From Thermoproteota archaeon (GTDB lineage Archaea; Thermoproteota; Methanomethylicia; Methanomethylicales; Methanomethylicaceae), in NCBI GenBank assembly GCA_029887765.1, contig JARXPF010000001.1, positions 64,488 to 128,487 on the forward strand: a stretch of 64,000 nucleotides of DNA. The letters are read 5' to 3'. Position numbers and translations under genes: made by a program. The notes below the pieces were generated by a model. The model saw only the letters and a program-made list of their open reading frames with translations. It searched no databases and had not been told where the DNA came from. The first letter of the stretch is position 1, and each line of letters opens with the position of its first letter. Below are positions 19,549 to 28,885 of this stretch, in pieces.

Positions 19549-20862
19549 TCACCTCAAGGATTTTTCTAGTAATTGAACAATATCACCAATTTCTAAGCCA
19601 AACTTTCCAGCTTCTTCTGCTCTTTTTAAATTTAGAACACAGAATGGACATGCTGAAGAAACATATGAGGCACCTACTACTTTTGCTTCTTTTAATCTTT
19701 CTGTAGCAGCAAATCTTGCCAATTCAGGATAACCAGACATAACTCCAGCTCCTGCTCCACAACACCATGCATGATGAGCTGTTCTTTCAAATTCTACAAA
19801 TTTAATTCCAGGAATATTTGCCAATACTTCTCTTGGTTCATCAAATATACCTATATGTCTTCCAATATGACATGGATCATGATATGTAACTACTTTATCA
19901 GTTGGAACAGATTTTGGTTTTATTTTTCCACTATTAATGTATTCACAGAGCAATTGAGAAGCATGAAGAACTTCAAAGGATGGTTTTGAAAGCCCTAATT
20001 TCTTATATCCTTCATATAATTGTCTAAAACATCCTGCACAAGCAGTTACAACACGAGATATGCCTAAATCTTCCATTACAGCTATATTATGTTCAAGTGT
20101 TTCTTTAGCTTCTTCCCAAAGTCCAATCATATAAAGTGGAGATCCACAACACCATTCATCTCCATACAATACAGTAAAATCTGCATTTGCAGCTTCTAAA
20201 AGATTTACAGTAGATTCGCAGACTTCTGGTGTTCTAAATGGACCTGTACAACCTGCAAAGTAAACTATATCAGCCTTCTTCTTTTCTACTTTTTTCTTTA
20301 ACCATGCAAATCTATTTTCATTAGGCTCTCCATATGGATTATGATATTGTTTTATAAAATTAGCAAATCTTTTATGAGCAGGAAGTGGGGCCATTCCAAG
20401 TTTTACTAAAGTTCTTCTTAAAGCCATTACTGATACTACAGGATCACTTCCAATACCCATGCTACATTGTAATGTACAATTTCCACATAAATTACAGAAA
20501 TATGCAATTTCTACTAATGCAGGAGAAGGTTCTATAAAACCTTGTAGAAGTCCTAATACAGACATGTGTTTTCCTTGACCTCTAAATGAAGCTTCTCTAT
20601 AATGGCTAGGAAATGTTGCTGTTGGACAATTCATCGCCCAAGTTGCCATGGCAGATAATTCACATTGACCACAAGCCCAACATCTTACTGCTTCGAATTT
20701 GGCTGCAGCTAAATCAGGATATTCTTCTTCCTTTGGGAATTTTATATTCACCCATTCTCTTGGAGTTTTATCTAAACTTGCATGTGTTATAAATGGCACA
20801 AATTCTATATTTTTATGATATACGAATGGGATTTTTCTTTCTATTTCAGCCATATCTCTCAC
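19549..20862 (-). CDS. HdrD-like / GlcF-like iron-sulfur protein with two CCG domains
   Basis: 437 aa. 4Fe-4S motifs 'CWACGQCELS' and 'CNLCGNCTLQC'. CCG-domain cysteines 'EWCCGSPL' and 'HAWCCGAGAG'. Co-oriented and abutting the FAD oxidase at 20863. Confidence 0.65.
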   Translation of the reverse strand: MRDMAEIERKIPFVYHKNIEFVPFITHASLDKTPREWVNIKFPKEEEYPDLAAAKFEAVRCWACGQCELSAMATWAMNCPTATFPSHYREASFRGQGKHMSVLGLLQGFIEPSPALVEIAYFCNLCGNCTLQCSMGIGSDPVVSVMALRRTLVKLGMAPLPAHKRFANFIKQYHNPYGEPNENRFAWLKKKVEKKKADIVYFAGCTGPFRTPEVCESTVNLLEAANADFTVLYGDEWCCGSPLYMIGLWEEAKETLEHNIAVMEDLGISRVVTACAGCFRQLYEGYKKLGLSKPSFEVLHASQLLCEYINSGKIKPKSVPTDKVVTYHDPCHIGRHIGIFDEPREVLANIPGIKFVEFERTAHHAWCCGAGAGVMSGYPELARFAATERLKEAKVVGASYVSSACPFCVLNLKRAEEAGKFGLEIGDIVQLLEKSLR

Positions 20863-22440
20863 CTATTCATATTCAAAAGGTATATTAAATCCTAACCATG
20901 GAGCCATTATATTATTTGGATCGAGCGCTTTCTTTATTCTACGATAAAGTTCATAAAATCCAGGATCCATATGTTGAGAAACTATTTTTGCCCCTAATCC
21001 AAAGCATCTAGCTGGAACAAAACCGCCTTCTCTAATTACTTTAGGAATAACTTCACCAAAGAATCCAGCATATCTTCGAACTCCTTCATCATCGCCACGT
21101 TCTATTGGTACCATATATCTTACATGTGAGACTCTTCCTTCATTTATTGGAATGACATGTAAAGCTGGTATAAGACCATATTTTCTTCCAGTATTCCAAG
21201 TAATTTCATGAAGTTTTGGTAAAGCAGCATTTCCTACACTACCATAAAAGCTCCATATATGTCCTGGAGTCCAACCACAATATCTTATGCGTTGATTGCC
21301 TGGTTCTCCTTCACCTATTCCTCCATACATTTTAATAGTTGCTTCAATTTCACCAAATTTTACTCCAGGACAATTTTCTGGTGTAAGTTCTACAACTTCT
21401 GGATTAGAAGATAAGTATTTTTCCCATTCTTTTTCACAAATCTTTGCTTCATCTTCAGAAAGATAATGAGGAGTACATGCAAGCATATAGAAGTATTGAG
21501 TACCATTTCCTGGAAATCCATAATATTCTCGCATTTTTACGATATCTTCATCTGTTATTTGATATAATTTCTTATTATAATCAAATCCCCAATATGGAGC
21601 TATATTAGTTCCATGGAGAACTAATAATAACCAATGTCCCCCTGAAGAGTTTGGAGCAAGTTTTTTATACATAATTTTTGGTAAGTGTTTTGCTAATTCT
21701 TCAATTTTATTAACACCAAGTAATTTTACAGTTAAGGCTTTTGGTTTTGGCCATAATTTTATTGCTGCTTTTGTTACAATTCCAAGAGTTCCTAATGCAC
21801 CTACAAATATTCTTGATAATTGTGGACCAAAACCTAAATCAAAAGTATATTTACATGAGGCTGTTTGTAATGCCCATGATCCTGTATGAACAATTTCACC
21901 AGTAGGAAGAACAACTTCCATAGCCATTAATGCTTCTTGATTTCCATCACTTATGGAAGTCATATTCATTCCTATGCCTTTGAATAAGAAATTAGCTACA
22001 ATAGAAGTACCTGGAGGGGCTGTTGTTGTTGGTACTGTTAAATCTATATTCCTAGATCTTAAATATCTGTAAAATTGACCAAAAGTAACTCCTGCATCTA
22101 TAACAGCATAACCTTCATCAACATTTACTTCATGTATCCTATTCATTCTTACAGTTTGTATTAATATTCCTGTATAACAAGGTAATTTATAACTATAAGC
22201 ACTTGCAACATGAATTGGTATTTTATATCTATTTGCCATTAATACAATATCTTGAACTTCGAGCTCATTAGCCGGTCTTACAATATATTTGGGCATTTTT
22301 GGAGGTTTTCCTGGAAATATTTGAAGCCATGCATCATATACTTCAGCGAAAATCCTTGCAGGATCTGATATAACATTTGCCGGACCTACTATAGCTTCTA
22401 ATTCCTTTAGAATTTCATCGGTAATTTTCGGCACCTCCAA
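20863..22440 (-). CDS. FAD-linked oxidase (GlcD / D-lactate dehydrogenase-like)
   Basis: 525 aa. FAD_binding_4 region and C-terminal 'LDPNNIMAPWLG'. Forms a pair with the HdrD-like gene. Confidence 0.65.
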   Translation of the reverse strand: MEVPKITDEILKELEAIVGPANVISDPARIFAEVYDAWLQIFPGKPPKMPKYIVRPANELEVQDIVLMANRYKIPIHVASAYSYKLPCYTGILIQTVRMNRIHEVNVDEGYAVIDAGVTFGQFYRYLRSRNIDLTVPTTTAPPGTSIVANFLFKGIGMNMTSISDGNQEALMAMEVVLPTGEIVHTGSWALQTASCKYTFDLGFGPQLSRIFVGALGTLGIVTKAAIKLWPKPKALTVKLLGVNKIEELAKHLPKIMYKKLAPNSSGGHWLLLVLHGTNIAPYWGFDYNKKLYQITDEDIVKMREYYGFPGNGTQYFYMLACTPHYLSEDEAKICEKEWEKYLSSNPEVVELTPENCPGVKFGEIEATIKMYGGIGEGEPGNQRIRYCGWTPGHIWSFYGSVGNAALPKLHEITWNTGRKYGLIPALHVIPINEGRVSHVRYMVPIERGDDEGVRRYAGFFGEVIPKVIREGGFVPARCFGLGAKIVSQHMDPGFYELYRRIKKALDPNNIMAPWLGFNIPFEYE

Positions 22441-22548
22441 AATATAATTATTTCATCATCAATATTTAAAAGCTTCTATAATCTCTCATTAAATTTTAAA
22501 AGAAAATTATAAATTTAAAAATACTTATTAAGAATCTTTATAATTCAG

Positions 22549-23442
22549 GTGAAAAAATTGAAGGAACAATTAATATACATAAATGGAGAGCTTGTACCAA
22601 AATCTGAGGCAAAAATATCAGTATTTGATCATGGATTCTTATATGGTGATGGGGTATTTGAAGGAATAAGAGCCTACAATGGCTATGTATTTAAATTATA
22701 TGAACATTTAGATAGACTTTATGCATCAGCACATACAATAATGCTTCCCATTCCTTTAACTAAAAAAGAAATGGCAGAAGCTGTAATAAATACTTTAAGA
22801 GTCAATTCTTTAAGAGATGCTTATGTGAGATTAGTCGTAACAAGAGGAGAAGGAGATTTAGGACTTGATCCTAGAAAATGTAAAAAACCAAATATCATAA
22901 TAATAGCAGGAGAATTAACAGTCCTTCCAAAAGAAGTTTATGAAAGAGGTGTTAGAGCAATGATATGCTGGGTGAGAAGAGATAGAATAGATGCCACTTC
23001 ACATGAAGTAAAATCCTTGAATTATTTAAATAGCATACTTGCAAAAATTGAGGCAAATATTGCAAATTTTGATGAAGCAATTATGTTAAGTTCAGATGGT
23101 TATGTATGTGAAGGTACTGCTGAAAACATATTTCTAGTAAAGAATAATGAATTATATACACCTCCTACATATACTGGAGCTCTTCCTGGAATAACAAGAC
23201 AAGTTGTAATAGAAATTGCTAAGAATAATAATATAAATGTAAAAGAAAAGTTGTTGACTGTACATGAACTTTTTAATGCTGATGAATTATTTTTCACTGG
23301 TACAGGTGTTGAAATTATACCAGTAGTAGAAGTTAGTGGAAGAAAAATAGGAAATGGAAAACCTGGAGAAATTACAAGTTTTATAATTGAAGAATTCAAA
23401 AAGTATACATGTGATCCAAAGAATGGAGTCCCTATTTATTAA
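22549..23442 (+). CDS. ilvE: Branched-chain amino acid aminotransferase (class IV aminotransferase)
   Basis: 297 aa. 'GELVPKSEAKISVFDHGFLYGDGVFEGIRAY' matches the classic IlvE N-terminus. GTG start. Confidence 0.8.
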   Translation: MKKLKEQLIYINGELVPKSEAKISVFDHGFLYGDGVFEGIRAYNGYVFKLYEHLDRLYASAHTIMLPIPLTKKEMAEAVINTLRVNSLRDAYVRLVVTRGEGDLGLDPRKCKKPNIIIIAGELTVLPKEVYERGVRAMICWVRRDRIDATSHEVKSLNYLNSILAKIEANIANFDEAIMLSSDGYVCEGTAENIFLVKNNELYTPPTYTGALPGITRQVVIEIAKNNNINVKEKLLTVHELFNADELFFTGTGVEIIPVVEVSGRKIGNGKPGEITSFIIEEFKKYTCDPKNGVPIY

Positions 23443-23984
23443 GCCTTCCACCAATCAAACATATAGTATAGTACCTTTTTTTGAATTTCATCTAATGTAG
23501 CTATAACGAATTTCTTTCTAACAGTATGAGATAAACGACCTGCTCTTACAATTTCAATTGGATCTATTTCAACTGAATTTGGAATTACATGAACTATAAA
23601 AGGAGCATGATCAATTCCAGGCCCATATTTATATACAGCAAAATCTGCTCCAAATTTTAGAGCAGGTCTAACTACATAACCTCTTTCTCTAAGATCTCTA
23701 TATACAGAATATAATTCTTCAAATAAACGATATGACTTCTTAGATAATTCAAATAATTCTTCTTTTGTAAGGATTTTATCATTTGACTTAACTATAATTT
23801 TCCCTTTTTCTAAAAGATAATTAGCTTCTAATAATGAAAGTTCAAGATAAGTATTAATCTCAGATGGATCTTTTGGCTTACTTATATTTACTGGTTTTCC
23901 ATAGAAACCAGAGCCATATAACTTTTTAGCATCTTCTTTTGACCATACAATTACTCTTGAGCCATATAGGTATGCTTCTATCAT
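23439..23984 (-). CDS. endA: tRNA-splicing endonuclease (homotetramer type)
   Basis: 181 aa. 'LELSLLEANYLLEKGKI' and 'RPALKFGADFAVYKYGPG...HAPFIVHV' match the archaeal EndA catalytic domain. Confidence 0.7.
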   Translation of the reverse strand: MIEAYLYGSRVIVWSKEDAKKLYGSGFYGKPVNISKPKDPSEINTYLELSLLEANYLLEKGKIIVKSNDKILTKEELFELSKKSYRLFEELYSVYRDLRERGYVVRPALKFGADFAVYKYGPGIDHAPFIVHVIPNSVEIDPIEIVRAGRLSHTVRKKFVIATLDEIQKKVLYYMFDWWKA

Positions 23985-24050
23985 AATATTCCCTAAAAAT
24001 TTAAAAAAGAATTATTCTTAAAAATATTCCCAATAAAGAGGACTTAGAAA

Positions 24051-25073
24051 ATGAAGATAAGTGCTACTAATATAATGCTCATTACTGGTATCATAATATT
24101 TGTAATATATTTACAAACTATAGGAATAGAAAGTCTAATTACTGAAATAATGAGTATTAATTTATTTATATTAATAATAGCAATATTGATAGATATAGTG
24201 TGTATTGGTTTATTTACACTTGGTTGGTGTGTTTTTTTAAAAAATCCAGGTATTGAATTTAAAAAATGTTTTGAAATTGTTTTAATAAGTATATTTGGAG
24301 ATCTCATGATACCTACTGCATCGATTTCTGGTGAGTTTTTAAGAGTAAATCTAACAGCTAAAAAAGGTAAAATTTCAATTAGTGAAGCATTGTCAAGTGT
24401 AATAATTCATAGAATAATTTTAGCTTTAACATTTGGTTTTTTGTTATTAATTAGTGGCTTATTATTGATTAGCCAAAGCATTAATATTATAGGAGGATAT
24501 ACAATCTTAAGTATAGCAATTATAGACATCACAGTTATACTCATACTAACGTATGCTGTAATGAAATTATGTAAATTTAGAAAATATATTGAAGCATTTG
24601 GATTAAAAATTGGAAAATTATTGAAAAAAATTAGAAGAAATTATAACCCAAATGATTTAAAAGTTAAAATTTCAAATAATTTTGAAAAATTTGAATTATG
24701 CATTAGAAGTATTAAGCTTAATACTTTCATAATTTCTTTTATAGTATTAACTCTAAGATGGTTTTTAATTGCTCTAATACCATATGTGATGTTCATATCC
24801 CTAGGTTACGATGTATCTTATTGGATTGTAGTTTCTGTTTCTACTTTAGTAAGCATGGTACAAATGATACCAATTGGAATTCCAGGAATGATAGGAGTTA
24901 TGGAGGTATCAATAACTGCCTTTTTTATTAGCTTTGGAATCCCTTCTTCAATAGCAGCTTCAGTAACAATATTAATGCGTATTGTTACTTTTTGGTTTGA
25001 ACTTTTCATAGGAGCTATAGCTACATCTATTCAAGGAATAAGAGGAATAAGAGAATTAAGCAATTCTGTGTAA
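24051..25073 (+). CDS. Polytopic membrane protein (flippase-like / UPF0104-type)
   Basis: 340 aa, about 8 hydrophobic segments. Family guess only. The antisense ORF 24044..24307 was rejected. Confidence 0.35.
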   Translation: MKISATNIMLITGIIIFVIYLQTIGIESLITEIMSINLFILIIAILIDIVCIGLFTLGWCVFLKNPGIEFKKCFEIVLISIFGDLMIPTASISGEFLRVNLTAKKGKISISEALSSVIIHRIILALTFGFLLLISGLLLISQSINIIGGYTILSIAIIDITVILILTYAVMKLCKFRKYIEAFGLKIGKLLKKIRRNYNPNDLKVKISNNFEKFELCIRSIKLNTFIISFIVLTLRWFLIALIPYVMFISLGYDVSYWIVVSVSTLVSMVQMIPIGIPGMIGVMEVSITAFFISFGIPSSIAASVTILMRIVTFWFELFIGAIATSIQGIRGIRELSNSV

Positions 25074-25733
25074 AGCAAGAACTCTTAAATCATCAGAAGC
25101 ATCTTCTATAAAGTCGCTTAGATTTTCTAATAGATTAAGTAAATCTCGATATAACATTAGTTTTCTAATATCCTCAACTTCAATAAATAATTTAAATTCA
25201 ATATCATGATATATTTCATCTATTTTTGATTCAATATTATGTACTATAGTCACAAGATCAAGTACACGTTTTGGATTAAATGGAAGGACCATTATTGCTT
25301 CTCTTAATCGATCGTATTCTTCCAAAATTTTAGTTAATATTGGTTCGAATAAATTAAGTGAAATAGTGGTAAATTTACTTTCAGAAATTCTTACTAATTG
25401 TCTTATAAAAGATTGTACTAGTTCAATTAATTCATCAGATACTGTTACGAATCTGAAAAAGTCTTCTCTATATAGAAATGCTGGAGCGCTTCTTGTAAGT
25501 TGTTCTATAAGTTCTCTCTTTATTCCATCTGCTTCTTCTTCAATTATACATATTTTATTATAATTTTCCTTTAATTCATTATATTTATAATTTGAGAAAT
25601 TTTCTACTCCATTAATCATAAGTTGTAATGCTTCACGAATTTTTCTAGAATGTTCTATAATTAAGTCAATGGATTTACGATATATCTCATTACTTATGAA
25701 AGTAATATCATTGGATATTGTCAAGTAATACAC
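25056..25733 (-). CDS. Hypothetical protein (DUF47/PhoU-like helical protein?)
   Basis: 225 aa, predicted helical, Glu/Leu-rich. Assignment weak. Confidence 0.3.
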   Translation of the reverse strand: MYYLTISNDITFISNEIYRKSIDLIIEHSRKIREALQLMINGVENFSNYKYNELKENYNKICIIEEEADGIKRELIEQLTRSAPAFLYREDFFRFVTVSDELIELVQSFIRQLVRISESKFTTISLNLFEPILTKILEEYDRLREAIMVLPFNPKRVLDLVTIVHNIESKIDEIYHDIEFKLFIEVEDIRKLMLYRDLLNLLENLSDFIEDASDDLRVLALHRIA

Positions 25734-25772
25734 CTAAAGTTAAAGATATGTAGGATTTTTATAAAGATTTTG

Positions 25773-26054
25773 TTATTTTATTAAGGCTCTAATGGTTGCA
25801 ATAGAATTATCTGCAAGACCTACCATTTTCATTTCATCAGGATTTGCCCAAACTTCATTTTCAGGAACTTCAGATGAAGGTATTGCATTAAGTTCAAGTT
25901 TTTTCTTTCCAGCAACTACAACTTCAATTTTATTAGATATTTGTAAATATTTATAAGTTTCAGAATTCATTTTACAAGTTCCTTTTTCAATTCCATCAAT
26001 TCTTCTTATTCTAAGTCTTTTTTCAGGAAGTTTCTTAGACATGTGGTTCACCAA
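25773..26054 (-). CDS. Small beta-barrel protein (VAT-N / double-psi barrel-like?)
   Basis: 93 aa. Pattern 'LRIRRIDGIEKGTCKMNSETYKYLQISNKIEVVVAGKK' resembles a CDC48 N-domain-like barrel. Weak. Confidence 0.3.
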   Translation of the reverse strand: MVNHMSKKLPEKRLRIRRIDGIEKGTCKMNSETYKYLQISNKIEVVVAGKKKLELNAIPSSEVPENEVWANPDEMKMVGLADNSIATIRALIK

Positions 26055-26057
26055 AGT

Positions 26058-27761
26058 TTATTTACTAAAAAAGTTCTTTAAATACTCTATCAATTCACTT
26101 ATAGGAATTCTAATTTGTTCCCATGTATCTCTATCTCTAATAGTAATAGTATTATCTTCCATAGTTTTATAATCTATGGTAATTGCTAATGGTATTCCAA
26201 TTTCATCTGCTCTTGCATATCTTCTACCTATTGATCCATCATCATCAAAATCAGCAAGAATACCATTAGATCTAATAAGTTTATAAATTTCAATTGCTTT
26301 TTCTCTTAAGCCATCTTTATTAACAAGTGGAAATACAGCAACCTTTATAGGTGCAATATCTTTTGGAAGTGAAAGTATAATTCTACCTTCTTTTTCCTTA
26401 TATGCATACTCCATAGTTATATAAACAAGTCTTTCTGCTCCAAAAGATGGTTCAGCAACATGTGGTATGAAACGCTCTCCTGTAATAGTGTGAGTTTCAT
26501 ATTTGAAATTTACAAATTCAGGTTTTATTTCTATTCCATCTACTATAATTGGACCTTTTTCCAATGCTAATTTAAGTTCTTTTGGATTCATATTCTTAAT
26601 TTTTGAAATTATTGTACCAGTATTTTTACCTACTTCCTTAGCTATATTATCTATATTAGGAATGACTATGAGAATTTCTTCTTTTTTTGGAGAATCAAAT
26701 TTTCTAAATACTTTAAGATCATGACCACTATAAATTTGATGTCTAGATAAATCATAATCTGTTCTATAAGCATGTCCAGATACTTCAATCCATCCCCAAC
26801 GTTCTAACATTACAACTTGATCAAAAGTTTGTACAGAATAATGAGCTCTTTCATTAGGAAGTTTTTCAATAAACATTTGTTTATCATTCGGAATACCAAG
26901 TTCAGAAATAAACTTTTTAGAAATTGCCATAAAATAAGCTAACCATTCAGAACGAATTAATTTATTATTAATGGCCTCAATTACTGTAATTTCAATAGGT
27001 TTGTCTTCTCCAGCTAGTATTCTTTCTTCAGTTAATAGTTTTACTTTTTCATCACTTACTTCATTTATTAAATTGCACATTGGCTTTAAAGGATCAAAGA
27101 AAAACTCTATTTCCATTATAGTAAATTCTCTTAATCTTATAGGTCCTTGTCTAGGAGAGATTTCATTTCTTAAAACCTTTCCTATTTGAGCTAAACCTAT
27201 TGGTAAACGTTCTCGCATAATATTGTATATATGTTTAAAATTAACAAACATACCTTGTGCAGCTTCAGGTCTCATATATGCAATATTTTCAGTATAAGGC
27301 CCTATATTGGTTCTAAATAATAAATTAAACTTACTAACTTTTCCTAATTCACCATTACACTCTGGACATCTTATATTTCTCTCATGAATTATTTCTTCTA
27401 ATTCTTTCTCAGATTTTCCTTCAAGACTACCAATATCTTTTATTTGATCAGTTATTAAATGATCAGCTCTAAATTTTCTATGACAAGATAGACATTCTAC
27501 TATATAATCAGTAAAATGTTCTACATGACCTGAAGCTTCAAAAACTTTAGAAGGCATTACAATTGGAGTTTCAATTTCATAAATTAAACCATGATGTTTA
27601 TAAATAAAGAATTCTCGCCATTTATTTTCAATATTTCTTTTAAGTAGACTTCCCATTGGACCAAAGTCTAAAAATCCTGCAACACCACCATAAATTTCAC
27701 ATGAAGTATAAAAGAATCCTCTTCTTTTAGCAAGATCAATAACTTTATCAAACTTATCCAA
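26058..27761 (-). CDS. glyS: Glycine--tRNA ligase (archaeal/eukaryotic-type class II)
   Basis: 567 aa. N-terminus 'RRGFFYTSCEIYGGVAGFLDFGPMG' is diagnostic for alpha2-type GlyRS. C-terminal anticodon-binding domain. Confidence 0.85.
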   Translation of the reverse strand: MDKFDKVIDLAKRRGFFYTSCEIYGGVAGFLDFGPMGSLLKRNIENKWREFFIYKHHGLIYEIETPIVMPSKVFEASGHVEHFTDYIVECLSCHRKFRADHLITDQIKDIGSLEGKSEKELEEIIHERNIRCPECNGELGKVSKFNLLFRTNIGPYTENIAYMRPEAAQGMFVNFKHIYNIMRERLPIGLAQIGKVLRNEISPRQGPIRLREFTIMEIEFFFDPLKPMCNLINEVSDEKVKLLTEERILAGEDKPIEITVIEAINNKLIRSEWLAYFMAISKKFISELGIPNDKQMFIEKLPNERAHYSVQTFDQVVMLERWGWIEVSGHAYRTDYDLSRHQIYSGHDLKVFRKFDSPKKEEILIVIPNIDNIAKEVGKNTGTIISKIKNMNPKELKLALEKGPIIVDGIEIKPEFVNFKYETHTITGERFIPHVAEPSFGAERLVYITMEYAYKEKEGRIILSLPKDIAPIKVAVFPLVNKDGLREKAIEIYKLIRSNGILADFDDDGSIGRRYARADEIGIPLAITIDYKTMEDNTITIRDRDTWEQIRIPISELIEYLKNFFSK

Positions 27762-27813
27762 GTCTAATCCCTCGGTAGATTCAAGTATTTCAAATTATTT
27801 ATATTTCTTTATA

Positions 27814-28707
27814 GTGAGTATTATGAATAACTTCTATATTAATAATCAGAATAAATACTTTGGAGGTTTTAATAGAAGTTTTTCAGAGGCAAAATTTATA
27901 ATTTTTGGAGTGCCCTTTGATAGTACAACAAGTTATAGACCAGGTTCAAGATTTGGACCTACTGCAATAAGAGAAGCTTCAGCAAATATAGAAACTTGGT
28001 CATGGAGGACAGAGATAGATTTTGAGGATGTAAAAATTCATGATCTTGGTGATGTTTCAATAGTTCATGGAGATTGTATTGAAACATTAAAAAGAGTTAA
28101 AGAAGTAATAGAAGAAATTTATTCATATAAAAAAATTCCGATAATGATTGGAGGAGAACATACAATAACTTTAGGAGCAATAAGAGGTCTTAAAGACATA
28201 GCTATAATTTCATTTGATGCACATTTTGATATGAGAAATGAATATTTATCAAATAAATTTTCTCATGCATGTGTAATGAGAAGAATTGTAGAAGAAATAG
28301 GTAGAGAAAAAATTATGATTGTAGGAGTGAGAGCAACTTATAAAGAAGAAATAGATTATGTAAGAAAGAATAAAATCTCTTATATTACATCAAATAAAAT
28401 AAATAATTCGAAAATTAATGAAATAATCAATGAAATTAAAGATTTTTTAAATAATTTTGAAAAAGTGTATATTTCAATTGACATGGATGTTTTAGATCCA
28501 TCTTATGCACCAGGAGTGGGCAATCCTGAACCTGAAGGAATATCAACTTCAATTTTATTAGATATTCTTAATAAAATATCCAATAAAAAGATTATAGGAT
28601 TCGATTTAGTTGAAGTTTCTCCACCTTATGATAATGGTATAACTTCAATAACAGCTTCAAAAATAATATATGAACTATGTTGCTCAATTACTTCTAATAT
28701 TACTTAG
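27814..28707 (+). CDS. speB: Agmatinase (ureohydrolase family)
   Basis: 297 aa. 'GGEHTITLG', 'SFDAHFDMR', 'SIDMDVLDPSYAPGVGNPEPEG' canonical motifs. GTG start. Confidence 0.75.
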   Translation: MSIMNNFYINNQNKYFGGFNRSFSEAKFIIFGVPFDSTTSYRPGSRFGPTAIREASANIETWSWRTEIDFEDVKIHDLGDVSIVHGDCIETLKRVKEVIEEIYSYKKIPIMIGGEHTITLGAIRGLKDIAIISFDAHFDMRNEYLSNKFSHACVMRRIVEEIGREKIMIVGVRATYKEEIDYVRKNKISYITSNKINNSKINEIINEIKDFLNNFEKVYISIDMDVLDPSYAPGVGNPEPEGISTSILLDILNKISNKKIIGFDLVEVSPPYDNGITSITASKIIYELCCSITSNIT

Positions 28708-28846
28708 CTTTGACTTCTTTTACTATAGACGGTCTAACTTTATAAAGTATTTTATAACCACAAAATGGACATCTTACACCTGGTAGAGCAAATAGTTCAT
28801 TCATATCAACAATTTTTCTACATTTACTACACATGTAGTGAGGCAT
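28700..28846 (-). CDS. rpoP: DNA-directed RNA polymerase subunit P (Rpo12/RpoP) zinc-ribbon protein
   Basis: 48-aa minus-strand ORF MPHYMCSKCRKIVDMNELFALPGVRCPFCGYKILYKVRPSIVKEVKAK. The 'CxxC...GVRCPxCGYKIL(Y/F)K.R' pattern matches RpoP/Rpb12. Overlaps the speB 3' end by 8 nt (convergent). Not in the ORF track. Confidence 0.55.
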   Translation of the reverse strand: MPHYMCSKCRKIVDMNELFALPGVRCPFCGYKILYKVRPSIVKEVKAK

Positions 28847-28885
28847 AAAGTTTTTAAAAAAAATCTTATTTAAATATTTTTTGAA

